Source: Lama guanicoe
Taxonomy: Eukaryota
Reading direction: 5' to 3'
Assembly (NCBI GenBank): GCA_013239625.1
Contig: MU056216.1
Span: 9,594,957-9,658,956, forward strand
Length of the DNA: 64,000 nucleotides
The notes beneath the pieces are model-generated. The model saw only the letters and a list, made by a program, of their open reading frames with translations, ran no database searches and was not told the origin of the DNA. Position 1 is the first letter of the stretch, and each line of letters opens with the position of its first letter. Below are positions 49,601-62,490 of this stretch, in pieces. Made by a program: the position numbers and the translations under genes.

Positions 49601-50177
49601 CTAAATTAACCTGTGGTCTGTTTTCCAAAATGAAATTCTGTAATAATCCCAAAATAGAAAATTGATTCCTAACCCTTCTTTCTCTTTAAAAGTCATTGTA
49701 TTTACCAATCATTTATCAGTGCTCTACACAGACCAGTGATCAACATAAAATTAATTCAATCTTAAGAGTCAACTTGGGAACAAATAAGAATTATAGAAGT
49801 TAGACTTGGGCCCCATTTCTTCAGGTTACTGATGCCTTCTCTCTGTGGTATTATTCATTACCAAAGAGGAATCTTGGAACATTTTGCTGGTTGCTAAAAT
49901 CTCAAATGGCTGAGAATTTTTAAGGCTTTACCATATGTATGATATATAGCTGGCACATTTATCTTAGTCCCTCTTCATCCCTACCGTAGAGAACTATGAA
50001 GAAAAAGAAAGCGAAACCCAATAGAAATGGACATTAAATATGCTCTGGGGAAAGGCAGCAGAAAGTACTTCTGGAAATGTTCTATATCTGCTAATTATAT
50101 AATAGCCTCATTTATAAATGCTTGTAAGTTTTTTAAATTAAGCATAATTTGTCATTTATGTAATTTATAATAGGAAT

Positions 50178-50310
50178 TAATTCAAATGAACCTAATGAAT
50201 GCCTTCTAGCATCAAACACATTTGAGATGATGCAAGAAAATAAAAAATGAATAAAGCTGCTCTCAAGGAGTTCACAGTTTGGTGGGAGGACATCCCACAT
50301 GCAGATAAGA
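50178..50310 (-). mobile_element. L2 3' fragment
   Basis: ctgctctcaaggagttcacagtttggtgggagaca. Confidence 0.7.
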
Positions 50311-50439
50311 GTGATGAGTGCTCACAGAAATGCTGTTTCTGTTGGAATCAGAACATGGGTAGCTTTCAGTCATCTGTTTTCTAGAGATATTGTATATTAA
50401 ATACATTAATTTTTATAAGAGATCATCTTCACCCTTGTG

Positions 50440-50487
50440 ACTAATACTCATTTTCTAGAACCAACTAATACTCACGGTCTGGAACTT
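50440..50487. repeat. Imperfect 24-bp tandem duplication
   Basis: actaatactcattttctagaacca / actaatactcacggtctggaactt. Confidence 0.8.
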
Positions 50488-50647
50488 AAAATAATAAAAA
50501 AAAATTACAGATTTTTTCCCCCTGAATATCAGATGTATATGTTTCATGACCCTGAGAAAACTCATTATTTTATTATTTTAAAAAGTTTGCTATCCATTAA
50601 ATTAACTTCGTCATCCAGTTTTCATGTGTGTTCGTCAATATGTGGCC

Positions 50648-50850
50648 CATTCATTCATTTGGTTTACATCTGAGAGCCTATGTACTAGGCACTGCTTTAG
50701 CTACTGAAGATGTGTCAGTGTGCAAAACAGAAGAAAATCCCTGGCCCGGGAAGCTTTTATTCAGAGGAGAGGTGGACTTGAGGCCAAGAAAATGAGCAAA
50801 TGTCATGGAGGAAATTGAAGATGCTCTGGAGGAAAACAGTTAAAGCAGGG
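50648..50850 (-). mobile_element. L2 LINE 3' end
   Basis: cattcattcatt...tgagagcctatgtactaggcactg...aaaatccctg. Confidence 0.8.
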
Positions 50851-51589
50851 ACGCGGGACTGATTGTGACTTTTTGCTAAGGTGCCACAGGAACGTATTTT
50901 AAAGTGGTCCCTCTGCCCATCGGTATTTCAACCTGGAACCTTGCAGCTGTTCATTTTCATCCTAGCCTCTTCCCCGCTTCCCTACTCTGCAGTCACCCCC
51001 CTGAACCATGATGTACCCATGGTGATTATCTCCCTCATTCCGTGGAAAGTTATTTTGAAGTTTCTTTTAATTATTTTTATATCCAGCCCCTCATTGAACA
51101 TAGTACTCTGTATACAATAAGTCTGATAAATATATGTGTTGTATTTTCAAAATTAAGAAAGGAATCTACTCTCTGTATTTCCAGTACTTTTATTTTTAGA
51201 GTCCTTCAAGTTCTAGGTTTACCTTAAGGTTTTCTTTTTAAAGAACTCTTCTCACAGGTATTCTCAGTTTTCTCACTGCCGTATTGTTCAGCACAACCAA
51301 GCATAGAATGATGTGACCTACTATGTATTTATCACCAAGGGTCCTTCTCTGTCTTTTTAATATCAAAATCTCAAAGCTGAGATTGGTCAGATATATGGTC
51401 AGATAGAAAAAATTGCTGTCTGCTCTTCACAGGCAAGTGAATGAAAGATAAGTAGATATGTTACAATAATGCCAACTTGAGTTTATATAGTACCCCTGCT
51501 GTGATGAGGCGTTGGCAGCATTTCTTATAGTATTTAACTTAGCAGCGAGGATAAGCAGGTTGCTGTGAGTCAGACAAGTAGAGTGAAAC

Positions 51590-51810
51590 AGGCATCACAG
51601 TGTAGGAATAGCATGAGTTTTGTAATTACATGTTTTGGAGAGAGAACTAGATATGAATAGAGTTGGTGATTTCTGTGTAACCTTTGGCATCACTTAAATC
51701 TGAGCTTGTTTCCTCATCTGTAAAATGGGCATACAATGAAGTCATGTGTGTATAATATAGCCTGCTCCAAGATTTGCCTTTAAGTAGTCACTCAGTAAAT
51801 GTTAGTATCC
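51590..51810 (+). mobile_element. MIR SINE
   Basis: gtttcctcatctgtaaaatggg...cactcagtaaatgttag. Confidence 0.85.
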
Positions 51811-51984
51811 TTTGTCTTTCTTTTTAGACATAATCACTTCTTTGATTTACCTGCCTTGCTAGCCTGAGAGCTTCCAAATGGAAAGAACTGTGTCTTGTTG
51901 ATCTTTGGCCCCCGTGTAGTTCCTTGGCTAGTAATTTTTCAATAAAGCTGCATTTTAAAAATTAATATTAAGCTTTATTTTGAG

Positions 51985-53051
51985 ATTTTTTAATTGAAAT
52001 ATAGGTGGTTTACAATATTGTGCTAGTTTCAGGTGTACAGCAAAGTGTTTTATTTATACATATATGTGTATATATATTCTTTTTCAGATTCTTTTCCATT
52101 ATAGGTTATTACAAGATATTGACTATAGTTCCCTGTGCTATACAGTAAATCCTTGTTGTTTATCTGTTTTTTTTATCTGTAGTAGTGTTTATCTGTTAAT
52201 CCTGTTCTCCTCATTTATCCCTACCCCATTCCCCTTTTGGTAACCATAAGATTCTTTTCTATGTCTGTGAGTCTGTTTCTGTTTTGTAAATGAGTTCATT
52301 TGTAATATTTTTTTGATTCCACATGTAAGTGGTATCATATGATATTTATCTTTCTCTGTCTGACTTACCTCACTTAGTTGCTGCAAATGTCATTATTTTA
52401 TTCTTGTTTACAGCTAAGTAGTATTCCATTGTGTATATATACCACATCGTCTTTATCCACTCATCTTCAATGGACATTTAGATTGCTTCTATGTCTTGGC
52501 TATTGTAAAAAGTGCTGCTATGAACACTGGGGTGCAGGTATCTTTTCAAGTTAGAGTTTCCTCCAGATATATGCCCAGGAGGGGGATTGCTGGNNNNNNN
52601 NNNNNNNNNNNNNNNNNNNNNNNNNNNNNNNNNNNNNNNNNNNNNNNNNNNNNNNNNNNNNNNNNNNNNNNNNNNNNNNNNNNNNNNNNNNNNNNNNNNN
52701 NNNNNNNNNNNNNNNNNNNNNNNNNNNNNNNNACATTTTAATGTTGGCCATTCTGACTAGTGTGAGGAGATACCTCATTGTGGTTTTGATTTTGAGCATC
52801 TTTTCATGTGCCTGTTGACCATCTGGATGTATTCTTTAGAGAAATGTCTGTTTAAGTCTTCTGTTCATTTTTTTTTAATTGGGCTATTTGTTTTTTGTTT
52901 GTTTGTTTTATTGAGTTGTTTAAGCTGATTGTTTATTTTGGAAATTTAGCCCTTATTGATCACATCATTTGCAAATATTTTCTCCCAATTTGTATGCTGT
53001 CTTTTCATTTTGTTTATGGTTTCCTTTGCTGTGCAAAAGCTTATAAATTTG
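51985..53051 (-). mobile_element. 5'-truncated L1, cetartiodactyl-type 3' end; spans gap 52594-52732
   Basis: tttacaatattgtgctagtttcaggtgtacagcaaagtg...ccattataggttattacaagatattgactatagttccctgtgctatacag; ORF2 C-terminal remnants LSEVSQTEKDKYHMI and [14 protein letters not shown]. Confidence 0.95.
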
Positions 53052-54597
53052 TGAAAACATTTTTAATGAAAGTGTTTCTTATTTTGGGCTCAGCAGCATT
53101 CCTCCCAGCAGGGGCTGCACTGCTCTCTCTCTCTTGCTCTCTCTCTCTGAGGTTTCCTCTTGAATCTTCTTGTTTTGGAAGAGCCATTCAATGACCATGC
53201 AGTCACCCAGCACAACGGCAAGTGGAAAAACAGGTTTCTCTGTGACTTGGATGGCTCTGTGGCCCACCACCCCTCACAAGTATCACCATACCCTCTCAGC
53301 AGCCACACTGGCTTCCTGTCCAGAGAATAAGTGGTCTTGTTCCCCCTCCCCATAGCCCAGTCTGACAAGTGGCACATGTAGCAGGAGCAAGCTGGCTGGA
53401 GAGGGCATGTGAGGGGGCCATGTCGATAGGAAGGAGGAGGCTCTGAAGTCCTGAGAGTGGGGAGTCTCCAGTTGGCCCTCCTCTCCCCTCCCCTCCCCTA
53501 ATGCTCTGTCAGTACTTTGCACATGTCACCAAAAACAGTGAGCTGGGGAGATGGGGTTTTGTCTTTTCAAACCTCACATCCTGTGGGCAATGATGGATAG
53601 AATATAGTCAAATACTACCAACCACGTTCTTCATCCCAAGAAGCTATCTGGTTCCATCTCTGTTTTTAGATTAGCCTGCATTAATAAAGACTTTAGGAAA
53701 ATGATACTCTACATGCCTTTGAAGATCCCTAGAAAGTGAGATTTCTCTATTTTGTGTAGCCTTCCATTCCTATAGTTTTCCAGTTGTATCTAACCCATGA
53801 AGTAGCCGCATCCCCAATTGATGAAACTCACCTCAAATATGATGATTATTATGTCCAAGTATAATGGCTCCCAACTGTGACTTTTCCATGGTCAGAACAG
53901 AGTGTCACCAGGTTTGGTATATTTAAAAAAAAAAATCCTGATATATTACAAAGTGAATGGTCAGAGGTTAACTAGAGGTTACTGTGTAGAGAGTTGGCTG
54001 AGGGTTGAAATAGGAGATGAACCTTTACTGGTTTGGTTTGGTTTGGTAGAAGTTAAGCTGATATTAATCTTGTGGTATGAAGATGGGCCAGGAAGGACGA
54101 AGGCCATCCTTCCAGCTTGAGCACTTGAGCACAAATATGCCAGCTGATGAAGCATGTGCTCTTTGAAGGAAGAGTCCTTAAGTGACAGCAGGATTCCACC
54201 AATCAGAGACTAGCTGGCTCAGCTCTAGGTGCCCAGGTTTTCCCCCATACCGTGCTAGTCCTGCGTTCTCTGATGCACTCACTTCTGAGTTGAGTGAAGC
54301 ATTTTCTTATTCTCTAAATAAACAATGTTTTGCGTGTCTTAGGAGAAAAACTGTAGTTAGAATATAATGCTTCCAAAGGATTGAAGCAAGGTTTAGTTTC
54401 CCTGGAAACCATCCTCTTTCCCGATTGCTGTACACATTTTTTCGTAGATCATTAGCACCTGAATCTCTTAACAGTGAAAGCCACCTTAAAACTCACAATA
54501 TGTGTGGTATTTTAAAACACATCCTATTTTTTTAAAAAAATTCAGTATACAGCACTGCAAATGTTTGGTCTTAGCTACCATTAGACGAGAAGGGAAG

Positions 54598-54598
<1 letters not shown>

Positions 54599-54631
<33 letters not shown>
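54599..54631. repeat. (TG)n microsatellite
   Basis: Pure run of about 16 TG units. Confidence 0.98.
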
Positions 54632-54635
<4 letters not shown>

Positions 54636-57274
54636 TGATAGAAAAGAAAATCTGGGGATTTATTAAAAGCTAAGGGTTTTGATAAGTTCTGAAGTCACTG
54701 AAGGTCAGAGCTGGCTGAGGCAGCTATCACTCAGTGCTGGCGTTCCCGTGTTGGGATTATTGGGAGCATTAGAGTAGAGTAGCTAATCTTTTGTGGCCAG
54801 TACCGCTTGCCTGTGTTGATAAGTATGATTAACAACTTTAAAAGCCAAATACATTATCAAATGCCTTATAGCTGCCAGGAATGCTCATGGCCACCCACGC
54901 GTCACAGCAAAATGAGAAACCAGTTCGGGATCTTAGGATGCCTGAGCCTTTTAGATAAGTATGCCTGTAAGTTTGGTTTTGAAGTTGTTTTCAATTAAAT
55001 CGTGTCGAGCTCTTGTTAGAAAGCAGTCAGATATGAGCAAAAAAGTGAGGAATGTGTTTTTGGTTTGCAAGGTTGTGAAATGATGATGGTCATGATAATC
55101 TCAGAATCTACTTTAGGTCTGCTTTTGTTCTGAAATTTCAAAGTGAACTTTAAAAGAGATCAGTTTTTTTCAAAAGTTCATTGCATTAAAATGCATATGC
55201 ATCAAAAAACTGCATAATCCAATTTTGATAATAACCCTGAATAAAAGTCAAAACTCTAGGCTATATCCAAATTGAGCGAGGCAACAGCAGGTGACATAAT
55301 CTTCAGAACAGTGGAAGAAATCCAGTTTAGAAGGGGCTCAGCCAGACCAGCCATGGGCCCAGGGGCTTTGTTCCTCCAAACTGCAGCTTCATTGTTGTTG
55401 CCATTAGCATCATAATTAAAGAGGGCCTTTGTGCTAAGGGTTATACACAGGAGTCCAGGATTTCTCTGCCCAGAATTAAAGATAACACCATTGAAAATGT
55501 AAACCAGTATAATAAGGTCAAGGGTTCGTTATGGGTAGGAATGAAAGGAAAAGATAAGCACGGACTTAGGGTAGACAGCCTTGAAGCCTACTGGTGCCAG
55601 TTTCCAAGAGGCAAACCCCTTCTTGCAGAATTGTCTTCAGTTGGCATGAAACTGGCATCTGCCCCCCTGTTAACTTTCTCCAGTCTCAGCTTCTGAATGC
55701 CAGAACTTCACATACCTTCCCTAGCACGAGAGTGCCAAAGAAGGTTCCATTCCTTGGCAACAGAAACCACAAGCCAGCTCTGGAGAGCCTCAGACTTGCA
55801 GGAAAGATGTTGATGTAATGGAGATTCCTTTGTTTGTTTGCTTGTTTGTTTTTCTCAGTTGCTGGTATCCTTCTGAGCCCACAGTCGTGAACGGTTATTT
55901 TTGCACCACATTAATTTTTTCTGTTTTCAATACGACTTCCCAATGCACGGTCGACTTTCTGCTGACAAGATTTGTTCCCCCTATTTCTCTCTTTTTTTCC
56001 TAGATAATGTAAACCAGAAGTTTATAACTTTTGGAAGTTTACAAGTATTGGAATAGAAATCCTACATGTACAGTGGAGCATCACCTAGATGAGGCAGTGC
56101 TGACATTTTTAAACTGTACCTGATGTGGAATTAAGTTCTTATCGTTTGAATTCCATGTTCAGCTGTCATTGCTTCTCGGGTTCTTTCAGAGCCCTCCTGC
56201 TGCAGATGTGCTGGCAGGCTTTTCTTATGTAATCTTTTTAGATAAAGAAAGTTTAAAACATTGGGGTCAGTAATCCAAGTAGCAGAGCCAATTACTTTGA
56301 ATTGCTTCAAAATAAGAATGTATCAGAGATGGGGGTGGTAGGTTGCCTTCATGTGAAAACATAATGGCTTCACAAAACTTCCCATTTTCAACAATACTAA
56401 CATCAAAGTGAAAATTTATAATTTTGTAATGAAAAGTAGCATTTTTCCCCAGAAAAAGAAAAGGAATTAAATACATGAATTACATGACATTATATGATAG
56501 AAGTTATGTGATAATTTTACCTGTTGAAGAATATTAAATGCAAGAAAAGGGGTCTGTGGAGAGTTTGTTTTTAGAGCACAACATAAACTTGGGTTTGTTT
56601 GGTTTTCAACATTACCTGGAAGGTCTGCTACTGAAATTGTGTTGGAGGCACACGTAGCATCCTGAGAACCTGAGAACCACAAGTTGCAACTTGAAAATGG
56701 GTTCTGTGACCTCAGAGACTCTGGGAAGTCACAGAGCCCTCGTTGTGCACATCTGCTCCTGCCTGGCCTGTCTGCAGGACCCCTGCAGACTCCTACAAGT
56801 TGCTGCTTGCTTATGCTCCGAGTGCACGTGCACCTAAGCAACTCAGTAGCCAACACTGAAAGTACGACACTTCCATCACCACAAGTCAGAGAAACTCAGT
56901 CGTAGAAGGTGGTATTTATTTTCTGCTTAAAATGGGGTAAAAAAAAAAAAAAAGGCAGGCATACTCCAGATAGCTGTGTGCATGCTAGAGGGGTAGTCTG
57001 GCACCTGCTGCAGCCAGTCAAGGAACTGAATTCTACTTGATTAATCTTTTCACTTCTGAGTTTGTGTCATTACCCTTTCATCCACCTATTCTACCATACT
57101 TCCCAGGGTGTAAAACTATTGGAGAGGAACGTGAGGGACAGATCTGGCAAGGGACCCATCCAGAAAAGCACAGGCATTCTTTGGTCTGGCTGGCCTCCCT
57201 GGTACCATACTTTTGACCAAATAATCCCCTAGGTTTCATTGGGTTAAGCTAGTAGCTTTCTTGTTTGTTCATTT

Positions 57275-57645
57275 GAAGATCTCCAAGACATACTGTTCAG
57301 TGAGCAAAATAAGCTTTTGAATGATGCATATAATATGATTCTATTTCTATGAAAATAATTATCTAATGGGTGTACAATATGCATGTATATGTACGTATAT
57401 GTAGAAATGTGTGTATATTTTACACATACAAATATATGCACATATATATTATATATCCACATGTAAAAAGTTATAAATTATATTATATATTATATATATG
57501 AAGATATAAAATTTGGGAAATAGATGCTAAACTGTTAATAGTGATTACCTCTAGGGAGGGAAGTAGAATTAGGAGTTGGAGATAAAAACAGACTTCTGTT
57601 TGAATTTTTACAATGTGTGTTATTTGGTGTAATTAAAATATTTTA
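57275..57645 (+). mobile_element. Ancient L1 (L1ME-type) 3' region with AT-rich low complexity
   Basis: gatctccaagacatactgttcagtgagcaaa...aaactgttaatagtgattacctctagggaggg...tgtttgaatttttacaatg. Confidence 0.8.
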
Positions 57646-57992
57646 AAGAAAAATACTTAAAGGTTATTTTTATTGGTTTTTAAAATGTGTTAGTCTTTGA
57701 TTTCACTTTATGAAGATAACAAAAATGTATTTAAAGTGAATGAACCTATACTACAGGATGAGAACTGTATTTTCATATTTGTAATTATACTCATAGCATA
57801 AAGAAAACAATGTGTAGTAAATTTCTGGTGTGTTTTTTCTAATTTTTTTTTCGGCCAAGAAATTGGTGAATTACTTAGAATCGAATATCTATACCAGATA
57901 TGAGCAAAAGAAACATCTTTGTCGTGGGCTCTTTGGTCAAGCAAACTTTCAACTTTTGCTGATCTTCTTAAATGTCCTGTGGGTTCCATGCC

Positions 57993-58586
57993 TCATGCTG
58001 TCTTAATTAGTGAACAAACGTGGTCAAATTGGTCCTGCACAATTCTTAGTTTCTTTTTGCTGGGTAATGGTAGCCAAAGAAGAACTCTCGAGGCAAAAGA
58101 AGGTCAACCACTCACCCTAAAACCTCACAATCAAGTCATATTGATAACCCACTGTAGGACCAAATTCTGTCACGTACGTAGACATTTATTAACAATCAAC
58201 ACACCCACACCAACACACACACACACACACACATTAATGGGATCATGTAACCTGTGTACAAGCTTCAAGAAGTCCCAGGTTTTCACTTTCCTTAATATAA
58301 GCTTCAACCACAGCCTTACATAAAAGATTCAAAAGAGGCTTGAGGCAAACATCCAGATCCCAAAAGCAGATCTTTCAACCTTATACCTGTATCAGGTAAG
58401 CAGAACCTTCTAAAAATCATGGCTGTCAAAGTGAACTAAAATTATCAAGCTGGTTGTATACAACTCTTAGCTTCTTTTTGGTAAATAAGGGTGGCCAAAG
58501 AAGCAAGTTTTGAGTCAAAAGAGGATGGACTACCACCCTCCCCCAAAACCCACAACCAAATCATGCTGATCACATGTCTAGGACAA
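57993..58586. repeat. Diverged duplication, about 170-bp aligned block, offset about 421 bp
   Basis: About 57993-58162 aligns to about 58417-58586; core 44-mers at 58039 and 58460 match at 36/44. Confidence 0.85.
58201..58233. repeat. (CA)n microsatellite
   Basis: CA run. Confidence 0.95.
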
Positions 58587-59079
58587 CTTAGGGACTTAGC
58601 CTGGGGCATTATCACCAGAGGTGCAGGTAGAGGTCTTAACTGGATCTTTACATTGGAATACTTTGAGCCAATCCATATTTCTTGAACATCTTAATTCCAC
58701 CAAGCATGCTAGTCAACAGTAATAATTTTCACCAATTGAAACCCATTTTTGACACAGACTGCTAACTGTAGATTGTTGATGGAGTGATGGTACTAGCAGG
58801 GTTTGTACCAGCCGACTCTGGAGTACAGGCTACCTCTTTAGAAAGCCAGCTAGACTGCCTCAGACCTTGAATGCTTCATCAGGGTTATAGCTTAACCTAA
58901 ATAACACACATGTAACATCAGCCATATATGCTCAAGTGTTTTAAAGTAAATTGCAGATGAGTACTGCAATTAGCTTTTCTTGCAGGGAATTCTGTTTCTT
59001 GAATGGCAGTTAATCAGATTCAACCCTTTAAGTGTAGTCATAATCAACTATATTTTTAGATTCTCACTATGGAATGATA

Positions 59080-59288
59080 GATAACACGTATTGAACGTGC
59101 CATGCTCTGTCCCCAGCATTTTACGTATATCAACCCACTTAATCTTCACAATGCCCCTAAAAGGTGTACTATTGTTACCCAATTAACAAGGGGGAATCTC
59201 AAGCAATGTGTCCACGCTCACACAGCTTTGTACCTGGCAGAGTCAAGATTAGAACCCTGGCACCTGGGACACGAAGTGTAGTTTTTTC
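59080..59288 (-). mobile_element. MIR SINE
   Basis: tattgaacgtgc...cacttaatcttcacaa...tggcagagtcaagattagaaccc. Confidence 0.8.
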
Positions 59289-60093
59289 ATTGCATGAAAA
59301 AAAGAACATGCTGTAATCCATGAAACCGTACTGCCCTCACCAGCTGCGAAATCGTACTCTTCATTTGCTCTCACACAGATTCTGTGCACGAGGCAAATTG
59401 TCCGTATGTTAAGTTGGAGAGGCTCTTGCCTTGATGTGCTGCATTCCTCTGTAGAGTTCCCATTTCCTCGGTGTGTCTTCCTCTCTGCAGAGCTGAGGAG
59501 AAATGTTTAATATTTGGGCCTGGCTCTGTGCAAAAAAGAAAACAAAATCCCCAAGGAGCCAAATCCGTTGCCTCTGAGATCCTTCCTGCGTTGCCCTTTC
59601 AAACAAAGCACGGCTGACACAAACCCCCAGGGTGTGCTGTTGAAGTTTCCCACCCCTTCTGTGAGGCTGGACTTCGCTTCTTGTATATGATCATTAAAGA
59701 TGTCCTATCACTGAACAGGAGGGGATTGATGATTGAAATATCCGTCCCTAGCTTAAGGGTTACAAGACTGAGGACCAGCACATCAGTCCTAATTATTATT
59801 GCTGTGCTTGGTGTATGAACTTGTGCTGCACTTGGACCTGAGCATGGATATTGCTTGTGATGCTTAACTGACTTCTTATGCCTGGAGTTTGATAAAATAG
59901 GAAGCTTCAAGTGTCGTGCCATTTGCTTTGCGATCTGGTATAATCCTTAAAAACATTTTTGTCCCACACATGGATGGTCTTCCTTTTCAAGTACTGATTT
60001 TCCCAGGCACATGGGTGTCAGGCCGTTTGACCATGAACATGGGCAGGGCCAGATGAGGCAGGTTTCTGGCATCTTCAGCTTGATGGTTGTGGG

Positions 60094-60142
60094 CAAAGCC
60101 GACACATACAGTTGGGTAGGTTATACACTGCACAAATCTAGG
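60094..60142. mobile_element. MER91-like hAT-Tip100 terminal fragment
   Basis: acatacagttgggtaggttatacactgcacaaatctagg resembles the recalled MER91 end. Confidence 0.5.
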
Positions 60143-60354
60143 TTGACCTGGTTCTGGGGAAGACAGGTGCCAATCTGAGAGTAAAATCCAAACCCCGAGG
60201 TCCCCACCCAGTGCTCATTCCAGTCCCCAATATTTTCCTTCATTTGCCATAAATTCACTCCCTGCCTTCAACTTCTCTTCTGCACATACTCCTTAACCAT
60301 GGGCTATCTGGTGCCTATCACCAATATTCTATGTCAGCTTTCTTATAGCTGCAT

Positions 60355-60543
60355 ATGTATTTTAAATGGTTGCATATAGTATTTCATTATATGAATGTAC
60401 CTTAATTTATTTGTAAGTTCCCCATTGGTGGGTATTAAGGTAGTTTGCAATCTTTGACAATTACAAATATGCCGAAATGAAAACTTGTATATGTTTGTAT
60501 ATCTGTCTGCAAATATCTCCAGGAAAAATTCCTCAAGGTAGGG
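60355..60543 (-). mobile_element. Ancient L1 (L1M) fragment
   Basis: atggttgcatatagtatttcattatatgaatgtaccttaatttattt...ccccattggtgggtattaaggtagtttgcaat. Confidence 0.8.
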
Positions 60544-60544
60544 C

Positions 60545-61292
60545 TTTCTTTGACTCATCTCCTTTGACTCACTTATCTCTGCAGCTGCCTCTAGCACCCT
60601 TCCTTTTATTACCCTCGTCCTCCAAGGTCGAGTCTTTATGGTCTTTTGCTGAAATTTTTACAGTAGACACTTAAGTGGGTCAACTGCCTACTCTCACCTT
60701 TATAATCTATCCTAAACATGGTTTCAGATCTCACTGCTTAGATTATATTACCCTTATGCTCAAAAAATCTCCAAAGGTTCATGATTGCTGATGGAACGTA
60801 GTATTAACTCCCCACACCCTTCCCAGCACTCAAGACCATTCCGCAGTACGGCTCCTCCTTGTCTTTGGCGTCTCCTACCCGTGACTCGCCTGCATGCCCC
60901 CTAGGCTCCAGCAGAACCAGGTGGTTCACTATTTCCAGAGCTTGCCTTGCTCTGTCTCTTTCTGTGCCTTAGCGCTCATTCTTCACTGTGGGTGTGTCCT
61001 TCTCTTCCAAGTGTCCTCACTCATCTCTGCCTGTGCAAATCCGTCCCAAACCTTAATGCTTGACCTTAAAGAGTCATGTTTTCTGGATTCTCCCACCCCG
61101 ATCCCCCAGACTAGATGTGACCTTTTTCCCTTGAGCCCCAGCTGTGCTCTTCCTCTCCCCAGCTGTTCTCATATCCTGTTTTAGATTGTAATCCTTTGTG
61201 CCATTGTAAACCTGCTGCTGGAAGCATGTGTCCTCTGAGGTGCCTGGTACAATGCCTTGCACATTATAGGAGTAAAGAAGTATTCATTAGAA
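60545..61292 (+). mobile_element. L2 LINE 3' portion
   Basis: gattatattacccttatgctcaaaaaatctccaaaggttc...gtgcctggtacaatgccttgcacattatagg. Confidence 0.8.
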
Positions 61293-62349
61293 AAGATCTT
61301 CACAGTTGGTAAATTTCCTTTCCCCAAATTGGTATGATCCTTCAGCTTGTGGGAAAGAGATTTTACACCCAAAGCTATTATCAAAGTGAATGCACTTTCC
61401 AGTGTATTCAGTCGAGAGCACAGAAACGCACTGGCAGTGAGGACGCAGGCAGGGTGGGAGCACAGCCCGTCTCATCTGCCTTTCCTTACCCCTGGCCAGG
61501 TCCACAGCTGCCCTTGACACAGCCCACAGGGAGTAGGGTCCCTCTGGATTTGGAAAGCTTACTTCTTGACAGCCACAGCAAACAAGGACTTGCATCCCCT
61601 TTCGGGAAGAATTCACCCTAACAATCCATGTACTTTTATTAAAGGGATGTTTACAAACATCCTGATTCTTGACTCAGGATCCTTGTTGGCGGCTCTGGAT
61701 GACACTCTCACGGGAGGAAGTGCTGAGGGGAGGTGGTGAGGGGCGAGTGTAGGAAGCTGGGTCAGATCTGGGGTCCGAGAACAAAGCCTCTCTCTTTCCA
61801 GTGACCCAGAAAGCCTCTCCCTGCATGTCTGAGGGCACTGGAAGGACACGCAGGTTGTCTCAGCCTGGAAGTTTCTGATTTTCCAACTCCAAGCCTGGGC
61901 TTCTCACAGTTACTACAGTGCCTCCTTCAGAGTGAGTAGCTCTTCTGAGGCTCCGCATCTCACTCATTCACTTACTCAACAGACACCAACTGTATACATT
62001 CCTGCTCTTAAGGGGCCCACAGACTAATGACAGATGACAGTTCCAGGATTCTTCTGTGAAACGTGGAAGGAGAACAAAGATTTTAGACTTACTACTCAAC
62101 GCTACTCTGACGCATGCTCGCCACGTATTCCCTCACTGTCGAGTTCAGTGTTCATAATCTGAGTTCCTGTGATCCTCAGCGTGCCCTCCAGACCCTGCGC
62201 ATTATTCCCAGGATCTTCTCACCTTAGCTTTTCTTATCACAGGCAGTGGTATTTTGTTTGGTACCATCCTTTGCCAGATTAAATATTTACACTTACTTCA
62301 TATGCTCTCTGTTGTTGAAAAGAACAATACAAAAGTTGTATAATAATGA

Positions 62350-62490
62350 TGAAGTATTTTATCATCTTCATTTAATTTTGCAATCACCTGTCAGGTCCCC
62401 AGAGCTTACTCTGTGCCGTTCGTGTTCAAGGACGCTGTCTGAGAAACAAAGCTGAGACTTGAATCCAGGTCTTCTGACTCTGGATGCGTG
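62350..62490 (-). mobile_element. MIR fragment
   Basis: atcttcatttaattttgcaatcacctg...gctgagacttgaatccaggtcttctgactc. Confidence 0.7.

Noticed and set aside
55029-57916. 15-bp repeat cagatatgagcaaaa at about 55029 and 57896
   Set aside because: An exact 15-mer pair is expected by chance in a window of this size
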